In this document: positions 1-15,019 of the stretch, piece by piece
Numbering within the stretch: position 1 is the stretch's first letter
Layout: every line of letters starts with the position of its first letter
Source: Rebecca billardiae RCC1528
Lineage: Eukaryota; Protista; Haptophyta
Assembly: GCA_965240325.2 (NCBI GenBank)
Contig: OZ251234.1
Span: 2,108,001 to 2,172,000, forward strand
Length of the DNA: 64,000 nt
Direction: 5' to 3'
Position numbers and translations under genes: made by a program
The notes under the pieces: model-generated
Told to the model about the DNA's origin: nothing
The model's input: only the letters and a program-made list of their open reading frames with translations
The model's database searches: none

Positions 1-5
1 CTCAC

Positions 6-1787
6 CGGGGGCATCGGAGTGCCATCGGCCTCGGCTGCTGCCGCCCCAACCGGCACTGGCGAGTCCCGCCCCGCCGCATGCCCGCCTTGAGCAGGGCGGC
101 GGCCATGCTGCCGCTGCGGCGGGTACCAGTTATGCAGCAGAAACATCAGACACCGGTGCTCGCGCTGGGCCTGCTCCCGCTGCTGGGGCGTGATCTGCTG
201 CTGGCGCAGCTCCTCCTCCTCCCGATCCTGCCGCTCCAGCTCCCTCTCCCTCTCCCACCACTCCAGCCACTCCGGGTCCTCCCCCGCCTCCTGCTGCCCC
301 TGCTGCTGCCCCTGCTGCCCCTGCTGCGGCTGCTGCGGCTGCGGCTGCTGCTGCTGCGGCTGCCCCTGCCCCTGCTGCTGCGGCTGCTGCGGCTGCTGCG
401 GCTGCTGCTGCTGCGGCTGCTGCGGCTGCTGCGGCTGCGGCTGCGGCTGCGGCTCCGGCTGCGGCTCCGGCTGCCCCCGCTGCTGGCCCTGCCCCTGCTG
501 GTATCCCTGCCCCTGCGGCTGCCGCTGCAGCGCACTGAGCAGGCTCAGCCAGTGCGCGCCCATCGCCGCCTCCGAGGCCGCGCGCGCCGTCTCGGCGGAT
601 GCCGCGCCGCCGCGCACGCAGCTTGGCGGCAAGGGTGGGCGCGGCGTCGGAGCAGCCGCGGGTGGGCCGTCGCCGGGTGCGCCGGCGCCGCGGGGCGGCT
701 CCGGCACGTCCGCGTCGGAGACGGACCACACCACACTCTCGGCCGCGCTCGAGCTGCTGCCCTGCTTCGTCAAGTCGATCACCTCAGCGGCGGCGGCGGT
801 GGCGGCGGCGGCGGCGGCAGCGGCGGTGGCGGGCGCGAGCGCGGCCGCCGGGGTGGCCGCCGCGCCCTCTGCGGCTGGCGCGGCGTGCTTGCGCGGGCGA
901 AGGCATACCCGGCGCTGAGGGAGGCCGGGCGGCTGCGCGGCCGCGTGCGCAGCCTTGCGCTTGCTCCCAACCGCCGCTGTCGCCTCCCCCGCTGCTGCGG
1001 GCGGCGTTGCAGTCGTTGCCGCGGCCGGCGCCGCGGGCGCTGCCGCCGCCGCCGCCGCTGCCGCGGGCGGCGCCGCGGGCCCTGCCGCCGCCGCGCCGCT
1101 GCCACCAGCACCGTCTTCCGCCTTGACCCGCGGCGGCGCCCTTTCCAGCGCCGCCCCGCCGCACGCCCCGCCCTCCGCCTCCGCCTCCGCCTCCGCCTCC
1201 GCCTCCTCAGACGTCCCGTCGAGGTCGACCACGCACCCGCCGCGCGGCGCGGGGCCTGCGCGCGCGCCCTCGGCCTCCGCGACGAGCTCGAGCTCGGCGG
1301 CGTCCTCGTCGTCGGCCGCGGCCGAGTGCGACGAGGCCAGCGGCACGCGCCAGCCCGGCACGTACGCCGTGTGCAGCCGGTTCACCAGAGCGTTGTGCGC
1401 CGCGTCCGCCTGGCTGCACAGAACCCACAGCTCAAGGCCGTCGCGCCGCTCGATCGCGCGCTCGAGCGCGGCGCGCAGCCGGCGCAGGTTGTGCGGGTTG
1501 CGCTCAAAGTCCTCGATGAGCGGGTGCACGACGCAGCCGAGCGAGCGCGCCTCGCGCGACGCCCCCGGCCGCGGGCAGATGTGCGTCGCGTGCCCGCAGC
1601 GCTCGTGCTCCGTGAAGAGGCATTCAAACAGGCTGAGCTCGTCGGGGCGCATCGCGTGGAGCGAGGGGCACGCGTCGCGGTTGCGCCGCTCGGTGGGGTT
1701 CTCCTGCCAGAGGGGCGGCGGGGGCGGGAGCTCGAGCAGCTCGCTGTCCCGTGGGCGCTTGAGCGCGTGCCGCGACGTGCTGAGCAT
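6..1787 (-). CDS. First exon of an unknown low-complexity (Q/P/A-rich) protein; gene continues past the window start
   Basis: ATG at 1787 (MLSTSRHALKRPRDSELLELPPP...). The frame appears open to a GTGAG donor at position 5, which would explain its absence from the ORF track. Contains a SIM-like VIDLT and a QPQQ tract from CAG/CCG repeats at about 280-480. Confidence 0.6.
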
Positions 1788-1883
1788 GGCCGCACGGCCA
1801 CGGCCGGCACGGCTCCGGCTGGTTTTCCCCCTCTATTTCTTTGGTTTTCCAGCCGAGAAGCCGGCACGCTGTCCGGTATTGTA

Positions 1884-1925
1884 CCTGCCTGAGCTGTGTG
1901 CCTCTCTTATTCTTAGTAAACTGTA
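1884..1925 (+). mobile_element. 5'-truncated retro-type insertion, family A 3' end
   Basis: CCTGCCTGAGCTGTGTGCCTCTCTTATTCTTAGTAAACTGTA matches the copies at about 2420 and 27407, and is flanked by TGTAC on both sides. Confidence 0.6.
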
Positions 1926-2411
1926 CATGCAGGCCAGCATGAGCGGCGGGGTGGCATCAGAGCCGGCCCCGGCCCGCAAACGCAAACAGCCGGACGCCCC
2001 GGCCCACACAGCTGATGCGCCAGCAAACCCTGCTCCGGGCCACAGAACCCTGCCGCCGGCTTTGAGGCCGACACGCCACACTGGGGCACATATCACCTGA
2101 GGGCCGGGCCTTCTGAGTTCTGTGTGATAAGCTACCCCAGTCATGCCGCTTGATACACACCTTCCCCAACTGACAGTGGGGCTCTACATTCCCTACTACA
2201 TCCTCATCCTGTCGGCGCGCTGTCGCATCGGCGCCCAGTCGGCGAGTTCGGACGACGACGTTTTGTGGACGACGGTGGGGCGAGGACGACGGGCGCTGGC
2301 GCGCCGCGAGGCGGCCGCAGCCCTCATCCAGGCCTCGCAGGCGGACGGCTGAACGAATTTTTCCGGCGGCGCTACCATCGGCGACGGCTTCATGGGCGGT
2401 GACAGTTGGCG

Positions 2412-2634
2412 GGCGTCAATCTCGCCTGCCTGAGCTGTGTGCGTCTCTTATTCTTAGTAAACTGTTCGGGGCGGCCGCTTGCTGCAATGGCCGCCTCTGA
2501 ATCTGATGAGGTGCGGCCGAACGCGCCCCTCACCTGCCTGCGCCGGTCTGTTTTGTGGCGGTGTCTTTGTGCAGTGTTGGATGGCGTCAATCACGCCTTA
2601 ACCAAGTGTGCACGTTAAAACATAGTAAACTGTA
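2412..2634 (+). mobile_element. Head-to-tail retro-type fragments, family A then family B, both ending TAGTAAACTGT(A)
   Basis: 2412-2465 matches 27407-27456. About 2467-2634 matches 28158-28315. Confidence 0.65.
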
Positions 2635-2672
2635 AGTATTGCGTCCGGACCGAGCGGCCCTCAGTGGCTGCG

Positions 2673-3845
2673 TCATCTGCCGCCGCGCTCGTCCGCGGCG
2701 CGCGCGCGCCGCGCGCCGCCGCGCTTGGCCCACAGCGCGAGCTCGCGCTCGCGCGCGAGGTCCACCTCGCACGCCGGCACCCACGCGTCGCCGAGCATCG
2801 GCGCGAACTCGGTGCCGTCGAGCGCGGCCGCGAGCTGGGCATAGTTGGCGAGCTGCGAGGCCAGCGCGGGCGCGGTCAGCTTCTTCATCGACGGCGCGCG
2901 CAGCGGGCGCACGGGCACGCGCAGGAAGCGCTGCAGCGCGGCGGCCTCCGCCTCGAACGCGTGCAGCAGCCGCTCGTACGGCAGCAGGTACACCGGCACG
3001 TGCGCCGCGTACCTGCGGCACATGTGCGTGAAGCGCGCCAGCCTGCGCTGCGTGACACCCAGCTTCTTGAGCGTCGGCCTCACGCCGAGCGAGAGGTTGG
3101 CCAGTGTGGACGCGGCGCACGAGTAGTTGGCGAAGGCGCGGCCGCCGCCGCGCAGCCCGCACCGCGCGCGCAGCCCCTTCGTGCGCACGTGCGACACGTG
3201 GTGCTTCAGCAGGTTGGCGCGGTAGTAGCACACCGCGCGGTACCCGTACGCGCGCAGGTGCGCCCACCAGTGCAACGGGAATTCCATCGCGCCCACCTTG
3301 CGCCCGACCGCGCTGAACGGGCCGCGCTCGCGCTGCTCGCGGGAGCACCAGTGGTCAAGCCGGCGGAAAGACTCGAGCGCGCGCGCGTTGCCCGAACCCA
3401 TCACCGCCTCCGGCCGCAGCCGCTCGAGCTCGCGCAGCGCGGACGCGCCGCCGCCACCACCGCCGCCGCCGCCACCGCCGCCCGCGGCGCGCAGCGCGTG
3501 CACGTACGCGTGCGACGAGTTGTACCACGGGTCGACGGGCTCGCCCGCGCCCTCCAGCCCGCACCGGACGTGCGGGTGCGACTGCAGCAGCTCGACCAGC
3601 CACGTCGAGCCGATGCGGTAGCCGCCCATCACGATCACAAACTTGACGTACGGCGAGGCGCCGCGGCGCAGCGGCGCGGGCGGCGTGCACGAGGGCGGGA
3701 GCGGCGCGTCGGCGGCGAGGGCGGTGGCGCACGGGCCGATCGGCCCGGCGGAGAGGCACTCGCCGCCGACGCGCCCGCGCGCCCGCGCCGCCGCCGCCGC
3801 GAGCAGCAGCGCCAGCACGGGCGCGCGCGAGCGCGCGGCCGCCAT
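2673..3845 (-). CDS. Secreted/Golgi sulfotransferase-like protein (Stf0/NodH-like P-loop fold)
   Basis: Hydrophobic N-terminus (PVLALLLAAAAA), a PAPS-binding-like FVIVMGGYRIGSTWLVELLQSHPHV, YYRANLLKHHVS and LPYERL...LQRFL. Confidence 0.7.
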   Translation of the reverse strand: MAAARSRAPVLALLLAAAAARARGRVGGECLSAGPIGPCATALAADAPLPPSCTPPAPLRRGASPYVKFVIVMGGYRIGSTWLVELLQSHPHVRCGLEGAGEPVDPWYNSSHAYVHALRAAGGGGGGGGGGGGASALRELERLRPEAVMGSGNARALESFRRLDHWCSREQRERGPFSAVGRKVGAMEFPLHWWAHLRAYGYRAVCYYRANLLKHHVSHVRTKGLRARCGLRGGGRAFANYSCAASTLANLSLGVRPTLKKLGVTQRRLARFTHMCRRYAAHVPVYLLPYERLLHAFEAEAAALQRFLRVPVRPLRAPSMKKLTAPALASQLANYAQLAAALDGTEFAPMLGDAWVPACEVDLARERELALWAKRGGARRARAADERGGR

Positions 3846-3898
3846 GCTGCTGCGCTTGAGCTCGCGCCAGCCGTGACACGCGACCGAGTGAGGAAGCA

Positions 3899-5569
3899 AT
3901 GGCGGCCGCCCCTGCGGCCGCGGCCTCGCAGCTCGTCGTCGCCGCGGCGCCCGCCGCGTCGGCGGCGGCGGCGCGCCGCCCGAAGCGCTTCGGGCACCAG
4001 ATCCCGTCGTCCATCACCGACGACCCCGCCCTGCGCGACGCCATGGCCGCGCTCCCGCCCAACTACAACTTTGAGGTGCACAAGACGATCTGGCGCATCG
4101 CGCAGGCCAAGGCGAAGCGCGTCGCGCTGCAGTTCCCCGAGGGGCTGCTCATGTTCGCGTGCACGCTCGCGGACATCATCAGCTCGTGCGCGCGCGCGAC
4201 GCCGCGCCTCCGCGCCCGCCCTCCTCGCGCTGTCGGCCGACGCGCCTCGCGCCGCCGGCTCGGCTCGGCGCGCGCGCGCGCGGCGCAGGTTCACCGGCGC
4301 GGAGACGGTGATCATGGGCGACGTGACGTACGGCGCGTGCTGCGTCGACGACCTCTCCGCCTCGGCGCTCGGCTGCTCGCTCCTCGTCCACTACGGCCAC
4401 TCGTGCCTCGTGCCCTCGCTGCCGCAGGACGACGCGGGCGCCGGGCACGGCCGCTCGCGCGCGCCCGGTGGCGCGAGCGGGCTCGTGCCGATCCCGGTGC
4501 TGTACGTGTTCGTCGAGATCGCGATCGACACGTCGCACTTCGTCGAGACCGTCGTCGCGCACATCCCGGGCCACACGCGCCTCAGCCTGCTCGGCACCGT
4601 CCAGTTCCTCAAGGCGGTGCACGGCGCGCGCGCGCCGCTGCGCGAGCGCTACGGCACCGGCCAGGGCGAGGGCGGCGGCGTCGACGTGCCGCAGGCGAAG
4701 CCGCTCTCGGCGGGCGAGACGCTGGGGTGCACCGCGCCGCGCATCGCGCGCGCGCCCGGCGCCACGTCCGGGCCCGAGCCCGAGTCCGCCATCGTGTTCC
4801 TCGCGGACGGCCGCTTCCACCCGGAGGCGGCCATGCTGATGAACCCGGGCGTGCCGCTGTACCGGTACGACCCGTACAGCCGGCTGCTCACGCGCGAGGA
4901 GTACGACCACGCGGCGATGCGCGCGCACCGCACGCGCGCGCTCGAGAGTGCGCGCGGCGCGCGCGTGTGGGGCCTGATCCTCGGCACGCTCGGCCGGCAG
5001 GGCTCGCCCGCCCTGCTGTTGCACCTGCGCGCGCTGCTGTCCGCGCTCGGCCGTGAGCACGTGGTGGTGCTGCTGTCGGAGATCTTCCCGGCCAAGCTGG
5101 CGCTCTTTCGAGGGGTGGACGCGTGGGTGCAGGTGCGGGAGGGCGGGGCGCGCGGCGGAGCTGTGCGGGGTGGTGGCTGGTGGCGCGACGCCATGCACGC
5201 TGAGCGACCGCGCGCGCCGCACACACCCACGTGCCCGCTCCCTGGCACCGGCCCAACCCCCGGCGCGCGCGCCCCTACGCACCCGCGCGCCGTGTGGCCG
5301 CGCGCACGGCGGCGCAGGTCGCGTGCCCTCGGCTCTCGATCGACTGGGGCCACGCGTTCGACGCGCCGCTGCTCACGACGTTCGAGGCGGAGGTGGCGCT
5401 TGGCGCGCGCGAGTGGCGCCCCTCCGAGGGCGAGCACTACCCCATGGACTACTACGCGCGCGCGGGCGGCTCGTACGCCAACTACGCGACGGCCGACGCG
5501 CGCGAGGCCACGCGTGCCGCGTGCTGCGAGGCGCGCGAGAGGGACGGCGGGGCGTGCTGCCGCGAGTGA
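3899..5569 (+). CDS. DPH1: Diphthamide biosynthesis protein 1, 3 exons (3899-4185, 4289-5132, 5318-5569)
   Basis: [72 protein letters not shown] and [16 protein letters not shown] introns join the frames. Confidence 0.95.
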
Positions 5570-5777
5570 TGGCGGCCGCCATGAATAAAAGACGAAAAGA
5601 CCCGCGCGCGAAAATAGTAAAAAGCCGCCCGCGAAAAACTGCAACTACAAAAAGCCCCGCAGCCGCGCACGCTGGAACGCAGCGCGAGCGTCGAAAAGCC
5701 GGCACGGCTGTTTCAGCTCATCCACGAAGGCTGCCGCACCCGCTCCACCGGTGGTGGTGGCGCTCGCGCGGCGCACG

Positions 5778-7040
5778 ATGCCCGGGATGGAGGAGAGCAT
5801 CTACAACCTGATCCCGCCGACGGTCGAGGCCGGGTCGAGGGCACCCATGTACCGCTCCAAGTTCCCCCGGGGCGTCGCGCCCACCGCCTCGACCTTTGGC
5901 ACGCACGGCACGAGCAAGCCGGGCGTGAAGAACGTGGGCGGCCAGATCGAGGAGTACGACGGGCCGCACCCGGCGAAGAAGGGGCACGCGACGTTCGGCA
6001 AGACGAACAACCGCAGAGAGCCCACCGACATCCTCCGGGCGACCAAGCCCACGCTGCCAGATCGTGCGCGCCGCGCGCCGCCGCGCGCGGAGCGCGGCGC
6101 CCGCGCCCGCGCCCGCGGCCAGGCGCTCACGCGCGGCCCGCGCGCCCCGGCCGCGCGCGCGGCGCCACCGTCGCGCAGCGACGCAGTGGGAGCGGCCACT
6201 CGTCGTCGAGCCCAAGCCCCCGCTCCCGTCCCGCGACGAGTTCGTCAAGGCCGAGCGCCTGATCGAGGAGGCTGAGAAGCCGGTCGAGAAGAACTTTGTG
6301 CAGGCGAACGCGGTCGAGAACATTCTCTCGCAGCCGAAGAAGGCGCCGGAGCCGATCGACTGGAGGAAGCGGCCATCGTACGGGAAGGTGCCCAACTACC
6401 TCAAGAACATCAAGAAGGAGATTGATGAGGAGGTGCGCCGCCGCGCCGCGCCGCGCCCGCGCCGAGCGCAACTGGAGCCGCCCGGCGCGCGCCGCGCTGC
6501 AACTGCCGCCGCGCGCACGCCCCCCCCACGGCCGCGCCGCGCGCTCACCGCCGCCGCCGCGCGCCGCCGCGCGCCCGGCGCGCCGACCGGCGCAGACGTC
6601 GTACATGCGCGCCGTGGGCGAGGCGCAGGCCGCCGCGCCGCCCGAGGGCATGCGCCTCATGTCGGACGACGAGCGCGAGGGCATGGTGCGCGAGCTCAAG
6701 CAGAAGTGGGACAAGATCAACGAGGACTACCAGAAGTCGAGCACGCTCTCGCTCGCCTCTCTCGACACCATCGGCAAAGTGAAGCGGTGCGCGCCGCGCG
6801 CACGCGAGAGCGCGCGCGCCCCGGCCCGTCGTGCACGCGCGGGGCGGGGGCGCGGCTGGATGCCGGATGCTGACGCGCCCGCCTCCGCCGCGGACGGCCG
6901 TTGCCGCCTGCCGCCACGCCGCTGCTGGCCGCGTGCGTGCGCGCAGGAAGGAGCAGTACGAGGCGCAGCTCGCACAGATCGAGAAGGACATCGAGAAGCT
7001 GTCCAAGCCGGTCATCTGGGTGCACGACGACTCGCGCTGA
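5778..7040 (+). CDS. ENKUR: Enkurin (flagellar protein), 4 exons
   Basis: ESIYNLIP, MYRSKFP, PTASTFG, KNFVQAN, YGKVPNYLKNIKKEI, LKQKWDKINEDYQK, DTIGKVKRKEQYEAQLAQIEKDIEKLSK. GC-rich introns start at about 6064, 6433 and 6787. Confidence 0.9.
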
Positions 7041-7290
7041 CCGTCAGCCGCGCGTACCGGGACGCACCGTCCCGGCACTGACCGCAAGCGAGTAGCCGCG
7101 CTGCAGTACGACGTAGTCGCTCGGCAGCCCGGGGCGGGAGTCGCTGTCGTAACGGTCCTGCGGTCGTCACGGCAATGGGTCGGCTGACCCGCTCCCGTGG
7201 CCGGAGTCGGCCCCGGCTCCGAAGCTACGATGCGATATCATATGGATCGAGTGGGGTCCGAGAGCTCCCGCGACCGTTAGGCGTTACTGA

Positions 7291-9704
7291 TAGGGGGTCC
7301 ATGACAGCAGCCCACTGAATTGTGATTTTCGACAACCATACGATTTAGGTGTCTGACGAGCGTGGCGCTTGCGGAGGCACCCACAAATATGTCCTGGAAC
7401 CCAGCCCAGCCGTCAGAAGCACCCAAAACCGACTCCGCGTGTCGTCGCGCGGTCGTGCGCGCACGCCAGCTGCGCCACTGTGTCACATACAGATTCAGCC
7501 AAACGTCAACGACTTGTTATGGCGGCTAAATGACGGTATGTCGTCGGACTTACTTATTCATAACCGTTGCAGCCCGCCCCAACAAAATTAAGGTGGACTT
7601 GCTAATTTTTTGTAGGCACGATGAGTGCGCGTAGAGGTCGGTGAAAAACTACTCCAAGATCGAGCGTGTTACCCACTTAATTAGAGACACATACCCGTAT
7701 ATATGCACTTACCTACCCGTTTATTATACAATGCGGTTGGGTTTTAAATATATATTCAGGGTGGTGTCAATATGGGGGTACCTTGTTCACTATTCGTGCT
7801 GGGTCATCCGAATAGGCCGCGCCGCCGCGCGGAGTGACGGCGGGCTTGTCATGCCACCGTCAAACCGTCCCGCAGCAGGCCCGGACGGACCTGATGCGGG
7901 CGGCGGGCTGCGTGCCGAAGCACACTACCAAGCGCACCTCTGAGCATGCCACCATCCCCATAGTCGTGAAGGAGTCCTCCGCCATCGACGCTTGCGTGCG
8001 CAGACTAGCAGTCATCGCCGCCGCCGAGCTTGCCATTCGGAGCTTGCCGCGTCCGTTCGGCGACTTCCGTGCCCGTGCTCTGTGTCACCGGCGTCGTCGC
8101 CGTTCGTGTTACCCCAGCCCACGCGAGGCCGTCACCGGTCCACCGGTACTGCGGCGGACTGCGCGCGCTTCGCCGCGCGCTCGCCCTCGAGCTCCGCCGC
8201 TCTCCTCTCGCGCTCGAACTGGACGCAGTCGGCAGCCATGGCAGCCCGCTCGGCCGCAGCGCGATCTGTGCCCCCGCGCGCGCTGCGCTCGGTTGCGTCG
8301 GCGCGCAAGCTGGCGCGCGCAGCGTCGGCGACGGCGCGCGCGGTCGCCTTGCGCGACGAGTCCAGCTCCACCTGCTGCTCCGTCAGGCGCACCTGCTGCT
8401 CCAAGATGATCGCGTGCTCAGCAGGAGTCACGCGCTGCTCGTGCAGCGGCACCTGCACGCGGCCTGCCGCGGACGCGCGCGGCGCGCCGGTGTCGGGGGG
8501 CGAGTAGAGGTCGCGGAAGGGGCAGCTCTCGTCGCCGGCGCCCAGCGACGTGTCGTCGGCATCCAGCTCCGCCTTCCTCTCCGCCGCCGACGCGCCCTGC
8601 TTCCGGCTCAGGATGCGCTCCATGTCCTTGTTCTTGCCCTTCCACCACCTGTGCACGGTCATCAGCCAGATGCCGATCACCTCCAGCAGCGGCGAGTCGT
8701 GGCGCGCCGAGATGCCGAGCGCATCCGCGCAGACGAGCGCGAGCGCCTTGGACTTCTTCGTCCCACCGTCGCGCGCGGTCTGGGCGCACGCCGGGGTGAA
8801 CACTCTGACCAACGGCTTGTGCTTCTTCAAGTTCTCGAGCATGAGGTCCATGAGCGTGCGGAGGAGGTCGAGGAGCATGAAGTTGAGCACCGATGCGTAC
8901 CGCGGGCGAGTGCCGGCCACGAGCCGACCGGTCAAGGGCTGCAGCACGTGGATGGCGCGCGCCGCCACCGCCGTCTCCTCGAGCTGCTGCGCGCTGACGT
9001 TGACGTCAGGCCGTAGCTCGGGCCTGCACGGTTGCACACAGCCGAGGCCGTCCGCGGAGGAGGCGAGCCCCTCGGCGGTGCCGGCGGGGACCTCAGGCGG
9101 GTCGCACACATCCATGGGCACGCGTGCATCATCATCTGCCGCGCCCTGGACCTCGTCATGCCCGGCACAGCGGTCCGCAAGTTGGTCGGCGGTAGCTGGC
9201 CCTTGCGGCAGAGGCGTCGCGGGCACGTCCGAGGGCGAGAAGGCAGCGTCGGGTGGGGAAGGAGACAGCGTCGAGTCGTTGCCGATGCCTATCCCACCGC
9301 GTTGCGCATGTTCGTCTCCGCGTTGCTCGCCTGCACGTGCTCCTAGGACGCGCTCCTTGGTCGCGGGCAGCACACGTTGAGCACGCAGATTCAAATCATG
9401 AAGCACGAGCGTCAACCGGCCAGCGACTCCCAGCGAGAGCCCGGTCCACACGACGTATGGCTACCTGTCCGCAGCCGCCCAGCCGCTCGGCGAGGCGCCT
9501 GCGCCGAGGTGGGTGCGCCCAATGGCGAGCGGACGGCCGTCGACGAGGGCCATCAGCCTTGCCGACCCCGTTCAGAGCTCCGCTCCCGCGCCGGGCCGAG
9601 CCGAGCGCGGATTTGGAATCTGCCGATCGCGAAAACACGCCGAACAAGTTCTGAAAAGGAAAAGAAAAGAAATCAAAACTCGATTTAATCAGATGGACCC
9701 CCTA
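7291..9704. mobile_element. Candidate non-autonomous hAT-like TIR element (2.4 kb)
   Basis: Perfect 12-bp TIR TAGGGGGTCCAT (7291) / ATGGACCCCCTA (9693-9704). GGCGTTAC lies at 9705-9712 and at 7280-7287, 3 nt from the left end. Subtermini are AT-richer. Confidence 0.5.
8132..9451 (-). CDS. Unknown protein with a helical core and C-terminal coiled coil
   Basis: 439-aa ORF with protein-like composition (LNFMLLDLLRTLMDLMLENLKKHK; LEQQVRLTEQQVEL). No recognisable domain; start uncertain. Confidence 0.45.
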   Translation of the reverse strand: MWTGLSLGVAGRLTLVLHDLNLRAQRVLPATKERVLGARAGEQRGDEHAQRGGIGIGNDSTLSPSPPDAAFSPSDVPATPLPQGPATADQLADRCAGHDEVQGAADDDARVPMDVCDPPEVPAGTAEGLASSADGLGCVQPCRPELRPDVNVSAQQLEETAVAARAIHVLQPLTGRLVAGTRPRYASVLNFMLLDLLRTLMDLMLENLKKHKPLVRVFTPACAQTARDGGTKKSKALALVCADALGISARHDSPLLEVIGIWLMTVHRWWKGKNKDMERILSRKQGASAAERKAELDADDTSLGAGDESCPFRDLYSPPDTGAPRASAAGRVQVPLHEQRVTPAEHAIILEQQVRLTEQQVELDSSRKATARAVADAARASLRADATERSARGGTDRAAAERAAMAADCVQFERERRAAELEGERAAKRAQSAAVPVDR

Positions 9705-10221
9705 GGCGTTACACTCCCGAGTGACACTGAATCTCCCGAAATCTCGAATAAATATGAATAAATATCGATCTTCTCGGTTTGTAACTGTTTGAGTCCATTT
9801 AAGTTCGTTTAGGCATATAATTCCAGGGTCGTGTAGAATCCGCCTGCTGTGCCAATTTCAGACTGCCAAAATGTGATCTAGACGGTGCGATTCTGGTGCA
9901 AATAGCGAGATCATCTTGGAGATCGTGTTTCTCCCCTACTATAGTACTAATGTTGCCGAGATCGCGTCGAGATTGAGGTCGTATATCTCCAGTATGTGGC
10001 ATTTTTTCGCAAAACTTGTCAGCGTGACCCCAGCTCATATATTTCAGGCGAATATTGACATCCCGAAGTTTGAGAGCCTCATATCAAGACGACAGGAAGT
10101 TGGATTTTGGGCCACGCACCCCCCAGTGGGGCTCTGGGCCCCTCTATCATATGGACCCCGGCCGTCGGCGGCGGTAAAATTATTCAATATATATATATAT
10201 ATATATAATATATATATATTT

Positions 10222-11973
10222 AACGACGTGGCAGCATCGGACAAGCGTCAGGCTCAGAGTGCAACAGACACATAGAATGCGTCCGCGCCTTCCGTCCAGG
10301 TCAGACAGTGCGCCACCCGCAGCCCTGCCCCCCTACGGGAGCGGGGCCGGGATGGAGCACCGCCTCGGCCTGGGGCACGCGGCGGCGACGGCAGATGCCG
10401 CCGCGGCCGAGCGCCTTCCGGAGCACTTGGATGAGGGTGAGGTCGTAGTCGATGTCGCCGCCCGCCGACCTAGCGGCGAGCAGCTCCGGCAAGCGGCAGC
10501 CGCGGCTGTCGCCCCCGTGCGCCCGCGTGGGCGCCTGGATGAGGATGAGGTCGTAGTACAGGGTCGCTTTTTTGGGCTTCGGCGCACGGAGCGCCGATCT
10601 CGTCAACGAGCGGCCATCGTGAATGAAAGCGCGCGAAAGCTGCGTTTGCGGGGGCTCGCGCTGCCGCGGTCGTGCGACGCGGGCGAAGGGCGCGCGGCCC
10701 CTGGCGCTGGTCGGCGGTGACGAGGACACCCAGGTGCGCCATCTCGCGCGCCGCCACGCCCCTCTCCGCGTCTGCCTCGCGCACGCGCGGCGATTGCATT
10801 TGGATGTTGCATTCTTGCGCATGCTTGCGCGCCACGTTGCGGGACGAGAAAAAGCGTCATGCGGTTAGGTTTGGCAGTTTGAGATGGTTCAGATGATGTT
10901 GTGACAGGAACTGGAAGACCTAACCGCATGACGCCCCACCTGCGCGCGCTACACGCATCACGTGCTCTCCGCGCAGGTGAGCTTAGAAAAATGAAGCTGC
11001 TGCTCCTCTGCGAGGCCATCGAGGCGAGCGGCGGCTAGCATGGCGCAGCGCTCTCCCCAGCTGTCACGGCCAGCCACCTGCACCCGGCTGTGCTCGCACT
11101 CGCCTTGAGTGTGTGCACGGTCAACGTGTCGACGGTGCTCGGCGGTGTGTTTTTGACTGCTGGTTGGTACGCACGCAGCATGGGCCCACAGTGGAGTTGG
11201 GGTGCGTGCCGTGGCTGTGGCGCGCACGCGATCGACCCATACTACACACGCACAGCGCAGCTCGGCATCGTTACTGGCTTCAAACGTTGGCCACAGCTTA
11301 TTTGCTATCCGCGTGCGGCGATCGTCGGCTCCGAGCAATCCACGAGGATGACAACAGGCGGTGCGTACGCTCTGTGACGGCGTTGGGAGCGGCGCCTGCT
11401 GGCTGTGCAATCGCGCCTGGGTACGGCTCGCATGCTGCGCAGCGTCGGATACCAGCCTGATGCGGTTTGACGCACGGGCAGTCATCTGCTTTGCTCTGCA
11501 CGCGTGGCCGGCTGATCATCCTTTCGCAACCCGTGTCTGCGCGTGCAGTGACTGCTCCCAGATGGGCTCGACGCGAGGCAAACGCGTGCGTGACTCGTCG
11601 ATACGGAGCTCCCTTCCAGGCAAGCGAGCTTTTGAGCGCGCTCACCTCGCCCATGCCTACCCACGCGCATGAATTGCGCGGCCCACCGGTTCGACTGACG
11701 CGACGCGGTCGGTGCGGCGTGCTCGTGGGCAGGAGTGCGCGCTCAGTCGACGGTCAAGACGCGCGCCACGAGGAGCAATCATGTGCCCAAGGTCGCTCGA
11801 CCAGCGCGCGACCAACGGCATCCGCGTAGGGCAGCGCAGGAGCTCGCGTTTGACACAGTGGAGCGCCACTGGGGCGGACGGGCGCCATGGGCGCCCATCG
11901 GCGCTACCAGCCCTCCCGTGCGCCGAAGCCAAAAAAATTGACCCATATGTATGTCCGATGCTGCCACGTCGTT
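10222..11973. mobile_element. TIR element inserted in TA-type microsatellite
   Basis: Perfect TIR (T)AACGACGTGGCAGCATCGGACA at 10221-10243 and 11952-11974. Flanked by (TA)n on the left and (TATG)n on the right. Confidence 0.8.
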
Positions 11974-14513
<2,540 letters not shown>

Positions 14514-14665
14514 TCCGCTGACCGGATCTGCATCAGCCATCCTTATATATAAGCCTTAGGGCGTCACTCCGCGCGCAGATCGAGTCGACAAATAAGTGCG
14601 CTGTGATGCGCTCATCAAGTCTAAGCTACTATATATATAAGACTATCTAGTGCGTATGATACTGT

Positions 14666-14667
<2 letters not shown>

Positions 14668-14746
<79 letters not shown>
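14668..14746. repeat. (TA)n microsatellite
   Basis: Read directly from the sequence. Confidence 0.95.
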
Positions 14747-15019
14747 CCGAAGCTACTGTTCAGCCCGTACGGATGAGCTGTGAGCGTCTCGTATTCTACG
14801 CTTAGTAAACTGTAGTAGGGCTAGTCTTAGCCACCCGCGTGCCAGTCTGCCTCACCGCACCGATGTCATCAAGAAACCGAGTTCAGCACAGAGCACTCAC
14901 AGCAGAGTTAGTCCGATGCGCAGTGGATCGGGGTCCGCAGATATCGTCGCGCGTCGGTTCCGAGCACGCGCAAGTTACCGCCCTTGCGCAAGTGGTCCCT
15001 GCTCAGCAATCCTGCGGAC

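Noticed and set aside
78-1892. 604-aa + strand ORF and similar long R/A/P-rich ORFs (e.g. 58277-61285, 44497-46011)
   Set aside because: They are antisense shadows of real genes in stop-poor GC-rich DNA.
2503-2535. Hammerhead ribozyme (CTGATGAG)
   Set aside because: No GAAA core after stem II, and the motif is absent from the paralogous copy near 28190.
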